From Psychrobium sp. MM17-31 (GTDB lineage Bacteria > Pseudomonadota > Gammaproteobacteria > Enterobacterales > Psychrobiaceae): DNA of 64,000 bases. The stretch's first letter is position 1; every line of letters begins with the position of its first letter. The DNA is taken from NCBI RefSeq assembly GCF_022347785.1, contig NZ_JAKRGA010000005.1, forward strand, positions 163,519 to 227,518, read 5' to 3'. The notes under the pieces are model-generated. The model did no database searches, was not told the DNA's origin, and was given only the letters and a program-made list of their open reading frames with translations. The position numbers were made by a program, and so were the translations under genes. This document shows positions 55,554 through 64,000 of the stretch, one piece after another.

Positions 55554-56108
55554 ATGAAAGCATTGCTACTGACATTAAGCATATTGACGATGACGGCGAC
55601 GATTGCTCATGCCGATAACATCCAACAAATTGCAGACGCTAAAGCCATTAATCAGCAACAACTATGGCCAAAACCAGCTAATCCAATTGCCAAGGGTTCA
55701 GAAAATAGCGCGGCACTCAAAGTAGTACAAAACTTCTTTGCCGCCTATGGCAAAGGAGATCTTAACGAAATTAAAAAGTATGTTGCCGACGATGTTGAGT
55801 GGCATATTCCCGGTCGCCATCCCCTTGCTGGCACCAAGCGCGGCATTAAAGAGTTCAGTGATTTCTTTGCGTTACTCGGCCGCGCAGCATTTAAGGCCGA
55901 AGTGATGATTTTAGCGGCCAATGACACCTATATTATTGATGTGCATAGAGGATTTAGCAACCTACAAGGTGAAAACATCGACCTTAATTGGATTCTGCTG
56001 TACCAAGTGGAAGACGGAAAAATCAAACGAGTACAAAACTTCTCAGGCGACCTTTATGCCTCAGACGCTTTCTTTAACCAATTTGCCAAATCATTAGGAG
56101 CGAAATAA
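55554..56108 (+). CDS. Secreted NTF2-like (SnoaL/ketosteroid-isomerase fold) protein
   Basis: It has a signal peptide (...AHA) and an NTF2-like core. Confidence 0.55.
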   Translation: MKALLLTLSILTMTATIAHADNIQQIADAKAINQQQLWPKPANPIAKGSENSAALKVVQNFFAAYGKGDLNEIKKYVADDVEWHIPGRHPLAGTKRGIKEFSDFFALLGRAAFKAEVMILAANDTYIIDVHRGFSNLQGENIDLNWILLYQVEDGKIKRVQNFSGDLYASDAFFNQFAKSLGAK

Positions 56109-57070
56109 TGAGCAAAGTATTAGTAATTTCAGGCCACCCTAACTTGGCTCAATCAAACACCAACACCGTTATTTTAAATACGCTAAGTACTGAGCTTAAC
56201 GATGTGAGTATTAGACGTCTCGATGCATTATATCCAGACTATCAAATCGACATCGCCGCCGAACAACAAGCACTAATTGAAGCGCAGGTGGTCGTGTTAC
56301 AGTTCCCATTTTATTGGTATTCAGTGCCAGCATTACTCAAAAAGTGGATCGACGACGTATTCGCCTATGATTTTGCTTACGGCGCTAACGGTGACAAACT
56401 CAAAGACAAAGAGCTAATACTTTCATTTACCGTTGGCGGCCCAGCAGAGTCTTATACGCCGTTAAATTACAATCATTTCCCAATTGCCGAGTTGATTAAA
56501 CCACTACAACAAACCGCGTATTTGGCTGGGATGCGAGTTGCCGAGCCTATCTTTACTCATGGCATGGTTTACATCGAAGGGGTTTACAACAAACTCAGCG
56601 ACGTTCAAGCCAAGGCACAAGATCACGCCGAACGCTTAATCACTAGCATTAGCCATCTCATCGACTCGCCAGAAGCCAAACTCCAAAGGTTTGTGGCGCA
56701 GTGGTTTGAAAAGTTTGACGTGCTGGCACCAGACAGCGAGCAATTTACCAAGCATCTTGCATCGGATATTAGATTGGTGATGCCAGAGGGTGAGTTTAAC
56801 GGTCACGCCGGCTTTAAGGATTGGTATCAGGGGGCACGAGTCACGTTCAAGCCTAACTGCGACCACGATGTCGAGCAAATGCAAGTAAAAGCGCTATCAG
56901 ATGATCGCTTTGAAGTAGAGCTGCGTATAAGGTTAACAGCTGAGACTTTCGCTGAGTCAGCCTTTGGTGGTGAAGCGGTGAATATTTTAGTTAATGAACT
57001 ATGGCAGGTGTCGTTTGACGAGAACGACAATGCGATAATTCATGAATACCTCGTGGAAGTGGTTAGTTAG
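56108..57070 (+). CDS. Flavodoxin-fold NAD(P)H:quinone oxidoreductase-like domain fused to C-terminal NTF2-like domain
   Basis: The N-terminus (KVLVISGHPNLAQSNTN...FPFYWY) is typical of the MdaB/KefF family. The C-terminal 130 aa are NTF2-like. Confidence 0.65.
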   Translation: MSKVLVISGHPNLAQSNTNTVILNTLSTELNDVSIRRLDALYPDYQIDIAAEQQALIEAQVVVLQFPFYWYSVPALLKKWIDDVFAYDFAYGANGDKLKDKELILSFTVGGPAESYTPLNYNHFPIAELIKPLQQTAYLAGMRVAEPIFTHGMVYIEGVYNKLSDVQAKAQDHAERLITSISHLIDSPEAKLQRFVAQWFEKFDVLAPDSEQFTKHLASDIRLVMPEGEFNGHAGFKDWYQGARVTFKPNCDHDVEQMQVKALSDDRFEVELRIRLTAETFAESAFGGEAVNILVNELWQVSFDENDNAIIHEYLVEVVS

Positions 57071-57093
57071 CACGTGACTAACCCCTCGTTTTC

Positions 57094-57126
57094 GGCTCCT
57101 ACAGAAAATGGTAGGAGCCTTTTTTA
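57094..57126. terminator. Strong rho-independent terminator (9-bp stem GGCTCCTAC/GTAGGAGCC plus TTTTTTAT)
   Basis: It lies between convergent genes. The T-run overlaps the stop of the minus-strand araC-type gene. Confidence 0.7.
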
Positions 57127-58065
57127 TGTCTCCAGCGACTTAACGTATTGTCCCGGTGTTTGCGAAAATTGACCTTTAAAAGCGCGAGTAAAATGTGATT
57201 GATCGTTAAATCCCAAACTCAGTGCTACGTCAGTAATGTTGGGCGACTTGGTAGTTAGCAGATGTTTAGCTTGTTGCAGTCGTTTAAGCAGCAAATATTG
57301 ATAAGGGGTTGAGCCAGTTATCTTCTTAAACTCTCGTAAAAAGTGAAACTTGCTACAATTAACCAAGGCTGCTAAATCTTCCACCGTAATTTGCTGCCCC
57401 AAATGTTCACTAATATAACTATCAATTTTTTCAATATGCTGTTGACCGAATCGCGACGTCTGCTGCGCGCTGTCTTTAAGATCGAGATAATTTGAATAGT
57501 TGTGAATGTAATGAGTGCTGAGCAGTGCCACTAAATTGTTTTTGTAACTAACCCCATTGCTGGCGCGCCCTTGTAATTCAAGCGTAAAGAGTTCGAGAAT
57601 ACCTTGGATAGTTTTATCTAACACATTGTAGTTATTTAAGAAAACCAGCTTATTAGCATCAATATCTAACGGGCAATGGCGCATAAATTCTTGCTCTTCA
57701 ATTGCTAAAATCAAGAAGTAGCACGGCTCTGAAATATCGTGAGTAAAAGGCGTGTTAGGCGGATTGATCCAAATGTTGCCCGGCGTAGTGGTTATATTGG
57801 TAAGCTTGCCATCTTTAATCGCCTGCCAATGGAGATCTTCATCCAACGCCAACGCAAAGTAGAAATAAGGCGTGTAAACATTATTAGGATAGAAGTGCGG
57901 CGAACTGCCCTGCTCTAAAATCACCCCTGACCACGGCGTCTCGCTGCTAGACAGCTCAATATCTAACACCTCTCCGCAATTAGAAAGCTGGTTATCGCTG
58001 TGATTATAAAATTTTAACTGCGAGCGCATATCACCCCATTGTTCGTTTTGTACAAAACCGAGCAA
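57124..58065 (-). CDS. AraC-family transcriptional regulator with N-terminal ligand-binding domain
   Basis: A C-terminal double HTH is present. The start may be the internal ATG at 58029. Confidence 0.8.
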   Translation of the reverse strand: MLGFVQNEQWGDMRSQLKFYNHSDNQLSNCGEVLDIELSSSETPWSGVILEQGSSPHFYPNNVYTPYFYFALALDEDLHWQAIKDGKLTNITTTPGNIWINPPNTPFTHDISEPCYFLILAIEEQEFMRHCPLDIDANKLVFLNNYNVLDKTIQGILELFTLELQGRASNGVSYKNNLVALLSTHYIHNYSNYLDLKDSAQQTSRFGQQHIEKIDSYISEHLGQQITVEDLAALVNCSKFHFLREFKKITGSTPYQYLLLKRLQQAKHLLTTKSPNITDVALSLGFNDQSHFTRAFKGQFSQTPGQYVKSLET

Positions 58066-58157
58066 TTATCTTCCATCAACTGAGCACTAATTTGCAATAA
58101 CTGATTGGCACTACTCGCTATTATTTTCAACATCGAAAACACACAGGAGCAAGACTC

Positions 58158-59111
58158 ATGTTGAAAAAACTCATAATTCCAGCAATGGCCGCCATCCTAG
58201 GCACATCAGCTAACGCAACGCCAACTACGCAATTAGTGGAAAAGAAAATGCAAGCAATTGAATTAAATACTGAAGTAGGAAAACTAGCAGCAAACCTTTA
58301 TTTGCCAAAAGGCGTTAAAAAACCACCTGTTGTCATTGTTACTGGAGCCTGGACGACGGTTAAAGAACAAATGCCAGCCAATTATGCCCAAGCGTTAGCG
58401 GATAAGGGTTACGCAGCTATCACTTTCGATTTTCGCGGCTGGGGTCAATCGAAAGACGCAACGCCATATTTAGAAGATCCAACTCGTAAAACCCGTGACA
58501 TTAGCGCTGTGATCAACGCCGTTAGCAAGCTAGATCAAATCAATGGCGATAAAATTGCTGGTCTTGGGATCTGTGCATCTTCTGGCTACATGCTAGATGC
58601 CGCAAACGGTAACGGCAAGATTAGCTCAGTTGCAGTTGTAGCGCCATGGCTCCACGATAAAGCGATGGCAACAGCAATTTACGGCGGTGAAGAAAGCGTG
58701 AAAAATCTATTAGCAGTGGCAGACAAAGCACAACACAGTAGCGAACCTATGGTTATCGAAGCCGCCAGTCTGACCAACAAAGACGCGCTAATGTATCAAG
58801 CACCGTACTACACGGAAACCGACCGCGGTTTAATCAAAGAATACGACAACAAATACAATCTAGCGTCTTGGGATGGCTGGTTAAACTACGATGCTCAACA
58901 AGGCGCGAAATCACAAGACAAGCCAGTATTGTTAGTTGCTTCAGAAGCAATGGCTCTGCCAGCAGGCGCTCATCAGTATCTAGATGCAGCAGGCGACAAT
59001 GTAACAAGTGTGTGGTTTGACGGCGTATCGCAGTTCGATTTTTACGACCAACCAAAGGCTATCAGCGATGCAGTTGATGCGGTAACCGCCTTCTTCAACA
59101 AAACACTTTAA
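58158..59111 (+). CDS. Secreted alpha/beta hydrolase (dienelactone-hydrolase-like)
   Basis: It has a signal peptide and a GxSxG-like nucleophile elbow (LGICASSGY). Confidence 0.65.
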   Translation: MLKKLIIPAMAAILGTSANATPTTQLVEKKMQAIELNTEVGKLAANLYLPKGVKKPPVVIVTGAWTTVKEQMPANYAQALADKGYAAITFDFRGWGQSKDATPYLEDPTRKTRDISAVINAVSKLDQINGDKIAGLGICASSGYMLDAANGNGKISSVAVVAPWLHDKAMATAIYGGEESVKNLLAVADKAQHSSEPMVIEAASLTNKDALMYQAPYYTETDRGLIKEYDNKYNLASWDGWLNYDAQQGAKSQDKPVLLVASEAMALPAGAHQYLDAAGDNVTSVWFDGVSQFDFYDQPKAISDAVDAVTAFFNKTL

Positions 59112-59173
59112 TTAGCGATTATCGGCAGGTGCTTATATCAAGCGTTTGCCGACAATTCCGCGAGGAAAATCTC

Positions 59174-59734
59174 ATGAAGTTTAAGTTTTTATTATCTATT
59201 TGGGTGACCCTAATGATCAGCACAACAAACGCAAAAACTCATAGCCCAATGAGCCAAGACGAAGCCAAAATTCGTTCGACTATTTACAGCTTTTCTGCCT
59301 TGGCAGATCAAAATGCTTTTGCTCACCTCGGACGATTATTTGCACCGACTATCACCCTAGACTACCGCGCCATTTTCGGCGGTGAGCCAAGCGTAGCGAC
59401 ACCGCAATCATTAATGCAGCAATGGGCAGGATTTCTACCGGGCTTCGATACCACTTATCACGAGCTATCGAATCTCAATGTGGTTACTAAAGACGATAGC
59501 GCCATGGTTGGCGTTGATTTTATCGCTCGCCATTGGCACGGCGATAACGGCTTTTGGGCAGTCTCTGGACGCTATCATTTTGCGCTAGAAAAAGTCGCCG
59601 ACAACTGGCTCATCAATAGGTTAACAGTAAGCAATGTCAGCGAAAGTGGCAGCCGTGATGTCCTAGGCACCGTGGGAAAAGACGCAATAGCGAACTTAAA
59701 AGCTCGCGACAAGCGATTGGTTGTTGTTGAGTAA
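59174..59734 (+). CDS. Secreted NTF2-like (SnoaL-like) protein
   Basis: GAGGAAAA precedes the ATG (MKFKFLL...). A signal peptide is present. The track ORF begins at 59129. Confidence 0.55.
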   Translation: MKFKFLLSIWVTLMISTTNAKTHSPMSQDEAKIRSTIYSFSALADQNAFAHLGRLFAPTITLDYRAIFGGEPSVATPQSLMQQWAGFLPGFDTTYHELSNLNVVTKDDSAMVGVDFIARHWHGDNGFWAVSGRYHFALEKVADNWLINRLTVSNVSESGSRDVLGTVGKDAIANLKARDKRLVVVE

Positions 59735-60211
59735 ATGAAAAAAGGCTCTTATCAAAATCACTAATCAACCTTGGATATAAAAAACATACAGCGCGGATAA
59801 TTCCCGCTGTTTAGCGTCTTAAATTAGAAATTGACCAAAGCAAAAATCAGGGATGATTTTTGAGCATTTGCCGCATGGATGCGGATCAAATACGGCTTTG
59901 ATAAGTCAATTTATCATTTAAGAATAATCGCTAAACCTCGGGTCGCCTTTCTTTTGGTTACTTTTCTTTGTAAGTCTCGTCCTGAGACTTATCGCTACGC
60001 GACCTGCTAACGCAGTCCAAGAATACTCCAGATATTCTAGTGGCGACGCACAAATTTGTTTGGAACAAATTTGAATAGCCGAAGGCTATCCATAGGGGGA
60101 AATACACGGAGGTATTTCATTAAAGAAAAGTAACTGGTGTGCTATCGATTATTTCAATAAAGCATTCAAATTTAATAAGCACACCAAACATTCTGAATAC
60201 CTAAGTTTGGT

Positions 60212-62926
60212 CTATTTAGTTTTTTGCATCTTGTTAGGGAAAATTTCGCTATTCAATCGGCTTTTGATTTCATCCACACATCGCTGTGGCTCAGTTAGCC
60301 ACAAGCCATAACTAATAGGCAAAATCTCAATCCCTGCCCGTTGTAGCACCTTATAAGTATTAAGCTCAAAGAAATCTGCCCATGGGCCGGGATAACCAAT
60401 GAGATCTAACGCCAGATACTTACCATTGAAGCGACATAGTAAATCCACTTCAACACCAGCGACGTGATAGCCGGGCCAAGATTCGATATCATCGCGCGCT
60501 AATTGCGCCATCAGCGCTTGCTGAAAGGCGTCAATCGACGCATTTTGACTGTGGTTCACTTCGAACTGACCAGTAGCCATTAAGTATTTTCGCAGTAAAT
60601 TCGAATCAGGTAATAATTGCTCATCGATGGACACAAATAGCTGCTGTCGCTGCCTTGCACGAGTGATACAAACGTTAAATACATCCGCTTTATTGAGATA
60701 AGCCGCGGCGCGAGTGCTGTTGTTATCAACACTAAAGGCAATGAGCATAATATCGCGCTCTTCCCCCTGAAAACCGAACGGCGTGGCAGCACGTAAGTTA
60801 TGAATCGCGATTTGCTGTTCATCAAAAGTCGTTTCTATTGCCTTAGCAATATGTTCTGCCTGATGTCTAAACGGCGAAACTACGCCGATACTGTGATTAA
60901 TTCCCGCCGCTTCGTCGCTAGCAATTTGCTGCTTAATCGCGACAATTACCGCGTTAGTTTCTGCTTGGTTGATACCCTTGGCATCGCGCTCACCGTTAAC
61001 ACGCACAACGTCCAAATAGCCGCTATTAGTGCATGGGCGATGTTGCATGATTTTGAGTTTGTTTTGGTAAAACTGCTGGTTGCTAAAATCGATCAATTCG
61101 GGCTTGCTACGAAAATGTTCATCTAGCATCGCTACTTGTTGCTGACAATTGAGGGCCTGCAATGACAAATCTAAGATTGAATTGTCACGATAGCTTACAA
61201 CGCCACTTTGAAAATCGGTCAACTGATGCTTAGTCAGTAACTGACTTTCCTTGGATTTAGCCAAAAACGAGTAGTGACGTAGCTGTTTGGTATCCCCAAC
61301 AATTAAAGCTCGCTTTGCGCGATATAACGCTGGTAAGCAGCTGCTGATATTACATTGCGTAGCCTCATCAATGATGACCACATCGAACATTTCTTTATGC
61401 AATGGCAAAATGCGATAGAGTGAGTTGAGGCTCATTAGCCACACTGGAAAGGCTTTAAACAACGCCGTAAACTCAATGTCTTCGAACATCTCAGCTTGAC
61501 GTTTTGAGGTGCGACTGCGAATCGCTTGATTAAAGGCTTGTAATGATTGGCGATCATTTTTAAGTAGCGACAACAAATTACTATTTTTTACGGCACTTAA
61601 AAATTCGGCTGCAGCCAGCTCGCGCTTAACACTCAAATCATTGATTTGCCCCAACGCTTGCCATTGCTCAGCCAAGCCACCAATTTTGCTGCCAACAAAG
61701 AACAGATAAAATTTATACAGCCAATCACTATCCCGCTCGCTCAATTGGTGCAGCCGCTGGCCGCGCTTAATGGCTTTTTTACAGAACTTTATAAAGCGCT
61801 GCTCAAGTGCGGTTAGCGAGTGATTTAATTCCAGCAACTCCTTTTCACACACCTCGCTACCATTGAGTTTATCGTCCGTTAGATAACCAGCGAGTAAATC
61901 GGCAATATAGCTCTTAAGCTGTTTTAAAAACTCCTTTTTACCAGCACGAACAGACACACCACCTAAGCCAAAATTTTGTTCGAGCTTGTCACCAATCACG
62001 TCCAATGCAGCGTCATTATTAGCGATTATTAACACCGATTCTCCACGCGCCATATGCTCAGCCGCCACCGCTGCAATGGTGTAACTCTTACCTGTCCCCG
62101 GTGGCCCTGAAACACAACCCAACTGCGCATTAGCAGCGATAGAAATCACCTTTTGTTGCGGTGTTGATAACAGCCCCGGCAAATAACCGTATTTGAGTTT
62201 TTTATTGGCTTTGAATTGCTGCTTGTTGTCAGAGAACAGCTCCACCAAAGGCGCGGATACACTATTGAGTTCGGCGATACTTTCCAGTTCATGCAACACG
62301 CCGCGGCTACTGCTAGCACGCTCAACAAACGCCAACATCGAAACAGGCAATATAGAGAGCGTTTTACGGCGCAGCCCCTTTTTCACATCCTCTTGCGTCA
62401 TCAATTGAGGAAAATTAAGTAATTCGAGGGCATTAATATTGTGAGGAGAATTCGCCAGCAATGACGTCCACAAAGATGGCGCCTGCAGGTTATCTTCGTC
62501 TTGCAACAGCTGATGAATATCGACTTCGGGTAGCAATAACTCAACTAAGGTCTCATTTAGCTCAGGCTGTTGATTTACTGTAGAAAAACAGAAACCCTGC
62601 TCATCGTTTTCAATCGCAGCTTCGTTGAATAATAAAGGGGCGGCAATCTGTTTGCGCTCTCCTTTGAGCTCTACCGTGCCAACCACCATAAAACTAACAT
62701 AGAGCAGAATACGCTCTCTTTGGTAAGTTTCCACCCGCCCTTGCATGGTTTGCGCAAACTCGGTCGGCAATGGTAAACGAGGTAAAAAACCACTGCCTAG
62801 GTCATCACGCCCCTGCAAATACCAAACATCTTCCGCCTTTAATTTTTGCAACATCCACAAATTTAAATCGGCGCTATCTTCTTGATAGCAATCCCTGTAG
62901 TACGACAAGATGTTTGAATAATTCAC
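60212..62926 (-). CDS. Upf1-like superfamily-1 helicase fused to C-terminal PD-(D/E)xK/Vsr-DUF559-like endonuclease domain, with N-terminal unknown domain
   Basis: It has Walker A (GPPGTGKSYTIAAVAAEH), the Walker B/motif II (VIIDEATQ), and a C-terminal block (GYHVAGVEVDLLCRFNGKYLALDLIGYP...AGIEILPISYGLW). Confidence 0.7.
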   Translation of the reverse strand: MNYSNILSYYRDCYQEDSADLNLWMLQKLKAEDVWYLQGRDDLGSGFLPRLPLPTEFAQTMQGRVETYQRERILLYVSFMVVGTVELKGERKQIAAPLLFNEAAIENDEQGFCFSTVNQQPELNETLVELLLPEVDIHQLLQDEDNLQAPSLWTSLLANSPHNINALELLNFPQLMTQEDVKKGLRRKTLSILPVSMLAFVERASSSRGVLHELESIAELNSVSAPLVELFSDNKQQFKANKKLKYGYLPGLLSTPQQKVISIAANAQLGCVSGPPGTGKSYTIAAVAAEHMARGESVLIIANNDAALDVIGDKLEQNFGLGGVSVRAGKKEFLKQLKSYIADLLAGYLTDDKLNGSEVCEKELLELNHSLTALEQRFIKFCKKAIKRGQRLHQLSERDSDWLYKFYLFFVGSKIGGLAEQWQALGQINDLSVKRELAAAEFLSAVKNSNLLSLLKNDRQSLQAFNQAIRSRTSKRQAEMFEDIEFTALFKAFPVWLMSLNSLYRILPLHKEMFDVVIIDEATQCNISSCLPALYRAKRALIVGDTKQLRHYSFLAKSKESQLLTKHQLTDFQSGVVSYRDNSILDLSLQALNCQQQVAMLDEHFRSKPELIDFSNQQFYQNKLKIMQHRPCTNSGYLDVVRVNGERDAKGINQAETNAVIVAIKQQIASDEAAGINHSIGVVSPFRHQAEHIAKAIETTFDEQQIAIHNLRAATPFGFQGEERDIMLIAFSVDNNSTRAAAYLNKADVFNVCITRARQRQQLFVSIDEQLLPDSNLLRKYLMATGQFEVNHSQNASIDAFQQALMAQLARDDIESWPGYHVAGVEVDLLCRFNGKYLALDLIGYPGPWADFFELNTYKVLQRAGIEILPISYGLWLTEPQRCVDEIKSRLNSEIFPNKMQKTK

Positions 62927-62990
62927 TAAATGGCATCCACGCTATTTCACAATTGGCTACAAAGTGTAACCCGATTCCTTAGAACTTTCC

Positions 62991-63019
62991 GAACAAAAAA
63001 GCCCTTCCGAAGAAGGGCT
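62991..63019 (-). terminator. Rho-independent terminator for the 63039..63827 gene (AAGCCCTTC-cgaa-GAAGGGCTT followed by a U-run on the minus strand)
   Basis: The plus strand has the A-run AACAAAAAAG upstream of the hairpin. This becomes a U-run after the hairpin on the minus strand. Confidence 0.6.
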
Positions 63020-63038
63020 TAAGTATTAACAACTCGAA

Positions 63039-63827
63039 TTACGACGAGACTTTTCGCCAACCTTCGACATGTGACGTTTGCCAGAATAAGACCAATAATC
63101 GCGTTGCCAATCCTAGCAATAACGCGATTACGATAGCAAAACCAACGCCAGTGTCGGCGTGACTGTTAGCGCTAAAGTACGAAAAGTCCATAAGTTTAAT
63201 TGCGCCACCAATTACGACGAAAATCGCAGCGGTTACGGCAAAGCGGTTGATATTTTTACGTAGAACGCCAAAGCCGCGGATCAAGGCTTTTTTCTCGCGA
63301 GCGACTGTAAAGTTCAGTGCAAAGCTAAACCACGATAGGCTAAATAGCCACGCAATAACTAGCAATGCCCACATCAGCTTCTTAACTGTACCGTCGGTCA
63401 TAGTGACTAACGCAGCGGTGATACCACAAAAGATAACTGGCACTAAGATCCAGCGCAGGAACAAGCCAAGGGCTGGGAATAAATTACATCCAGCGTGCGA
63501 TAGCCACACTGATAATTTCAGTTCGCCATCTTGAGCACTAGCCATAGTGCCAGCCGCGAGTGCAATTTTGCTCAAAAACAGCAATGGCAAACTCAGCAGT
63601 AATACTAAGATACCGTACACAAAGGCTGGATTATTGCTAATGGCGTCAATTAATAAGGTGACGTGCTCGGTAGAACCCACTGGGGTTACTGCCAAGTTTA
63701 CCGCCAAACTCTTTTCGCCAAAACGATAGAACACAAAGTACGCCGGCAGCAAAATAAGTGCTTCGATAAACAATGTAGCAACGGCAATCCATTTCATGCG
63801 CCACATTAGAGATAGTGTATTTTTCAT
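63039..63827 (-). CDS. Hypothetical polytopic membrane protein
   Basis: The 262-aa ORF has 6-7 hydrophobic helices. Confidence 0.5.
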   Translation of the reverse strand: MKNTLSLMWRMKWIAVATLFIEALILLPAYFVFYRFGEKSLAVNLAVTPVGSTEHVTLLIDAISNNPAFVYGILVLLLSLPLLFLSKIALAAGTMASAQDGELKLSVWLSHAGCNLFPALGLFLRWILVPVIFCGITAALVTMTDGTVKKLMWALLVIAWLFSLSWFSFALNFTVAREKKALIRGFGVLRKNINRFAVTAAIFVVIGGAIKLMDFSYFSANSHADTGVGFAIVIALLLGLATRLLVLFWQTSHVEGWRKVSS

Positions 63828-63836
63828 AGCAGACTC

Positions 63837-64000
63837 CTAAAGTGGCAACGCAATGCTAAACGCATGCTGAATGTTTTGTAGTAACGAAATAGCCCAACGC
63901 CAAGATTCATTACTCTTCTTACCAAGACGCTTAGTGTTATTTGAAAAATCTTTATCTAACAACACCTTAAACTTTGGATCGATCATCACTTCTACTAGTT
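63837..64000 (-). CDS. C-terminal 54 codons of an unidentified protein (gene continues beyond window end)
   Basis: The open frame reads ...LVEVMIDPKFKVLLDKDFSNNTKRLGKKSNESWRWAISLLQNIQHAFSIALPL*. The stop lies 10 nt upstream of the next gene. A GGAG SD for that downstream gene sits in the gap. Confidence 0.4.
   Translation of the reverse strand, partial: LVEVMIDPKFKVLLDKDFSNNTKRLGKKSNESWRWAISLLQNIQHAFSIALPL

Noticed and set aside
1-64000. Search for CRISPR arrays, cas genes, IS elements, integrases and prophage structural genes
   Set aside because: No regularly spaced 25-40-bp direct repeats were seen. No transposase or integrase-like ORF, and no capsid, terminase or tail gene, was seen anywhere in the window. 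Island-like regions are inferred from content only.

Overview
This 64-kb window looks like chromosomal DNA from a moderately AT-rich gammaproteobacterium (marine Alteromonadales-like by protein flavour; the taxon cannot be verified without a search). It is gene-dense on both strands. I found no rRNA, no CRISPR array, and no transposase or integrase.

From left to right the window contains:

- **Restriction/defence operon (1-6.9 kb, minus strand).** A NYN-LOTUS RNase-like protein, a membrane-anchored unknown, Mrr, HsdR and HsdM are co-directional. HsdM runs off the window start, and hsdS is presumably outside the window.
- **Signalling and transport genes (7-13.4 kb).** Two small membrane proteins with a divergent TetR regulator, a PAS-GGDEF-EAL signalling protein, and a TonB-dependent outer-membrane receptor.
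- **Two-component system plus a carrier-protein operon (13.5-21.8 kb).** An OmpR-type regulator and histidine kinase sit directly upstream of a tightly coupled 5-gene operon: acyl-carrier-like protein, LpxL/HtrB-family acyltransferase, MsbA-like ABC exporter, AMP-dependent ligase, and a DAP-decarboxylase-family PLP enzyme. This is a candidate lipid or cell-envelope acylation pathway.
- **RNA-repair island (21.9-35.5 kb).** It holds a PrfH-coupled RtcB paralogue, release factor H, an HslV-like Ntn hydrolase, and a low-molecular-weight phosphatase. On the minus strand is an unusually expanded RtcR-controlled operon: SPFH protein, RtcB, RtcA, a pol-beta-type nucleotidyltransferase, a HEAT-like protein and an unknown. 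Two and a half tandem degenerate tRNA-like elements, probably Y-RNA-like, and a sigma54-like promoter precede it, and rtcR is divergent. The island ends at a tRNA-like fragment followed by tRNA-Met(CAU).
- **Regulator-dense accessory block (35.5-59.7 kb).** It carries a peroxiredoxin, two tandem paralogous membrane-anchored unknowns, SDR oxidoreductases, four LysR and three AraC regulators, a medium-chain dehydrogenase/reductase (MDR) family quinone-reductase-like protein, and an RND efflux pair. It also carries a secreted ankyrin-repeat protein, a frameshifted MFS transporter, NTF2-like proteins, a flavodoxin-like quinone reductase and an alpha/beta hydrolase.
- **Right end (59.7-64 kb).** A 904-aa protein combines a Upf1-like SF1 helicase with a C-terminal endonuclease-like domain and follows a hairpin-rich 480-bp spacer. 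A membrane protein and a partial gene run off the window end.

The most interesting candidates for a previously undescribed system are the expanded RtcR operon with its tRNA-like leader elements, the carrier-protein, ligase, decarboxylase, acyltransferase and exporter operon, and the NYN-LOTUS/membrane-protein pair embedded in the restriction-modification operon.
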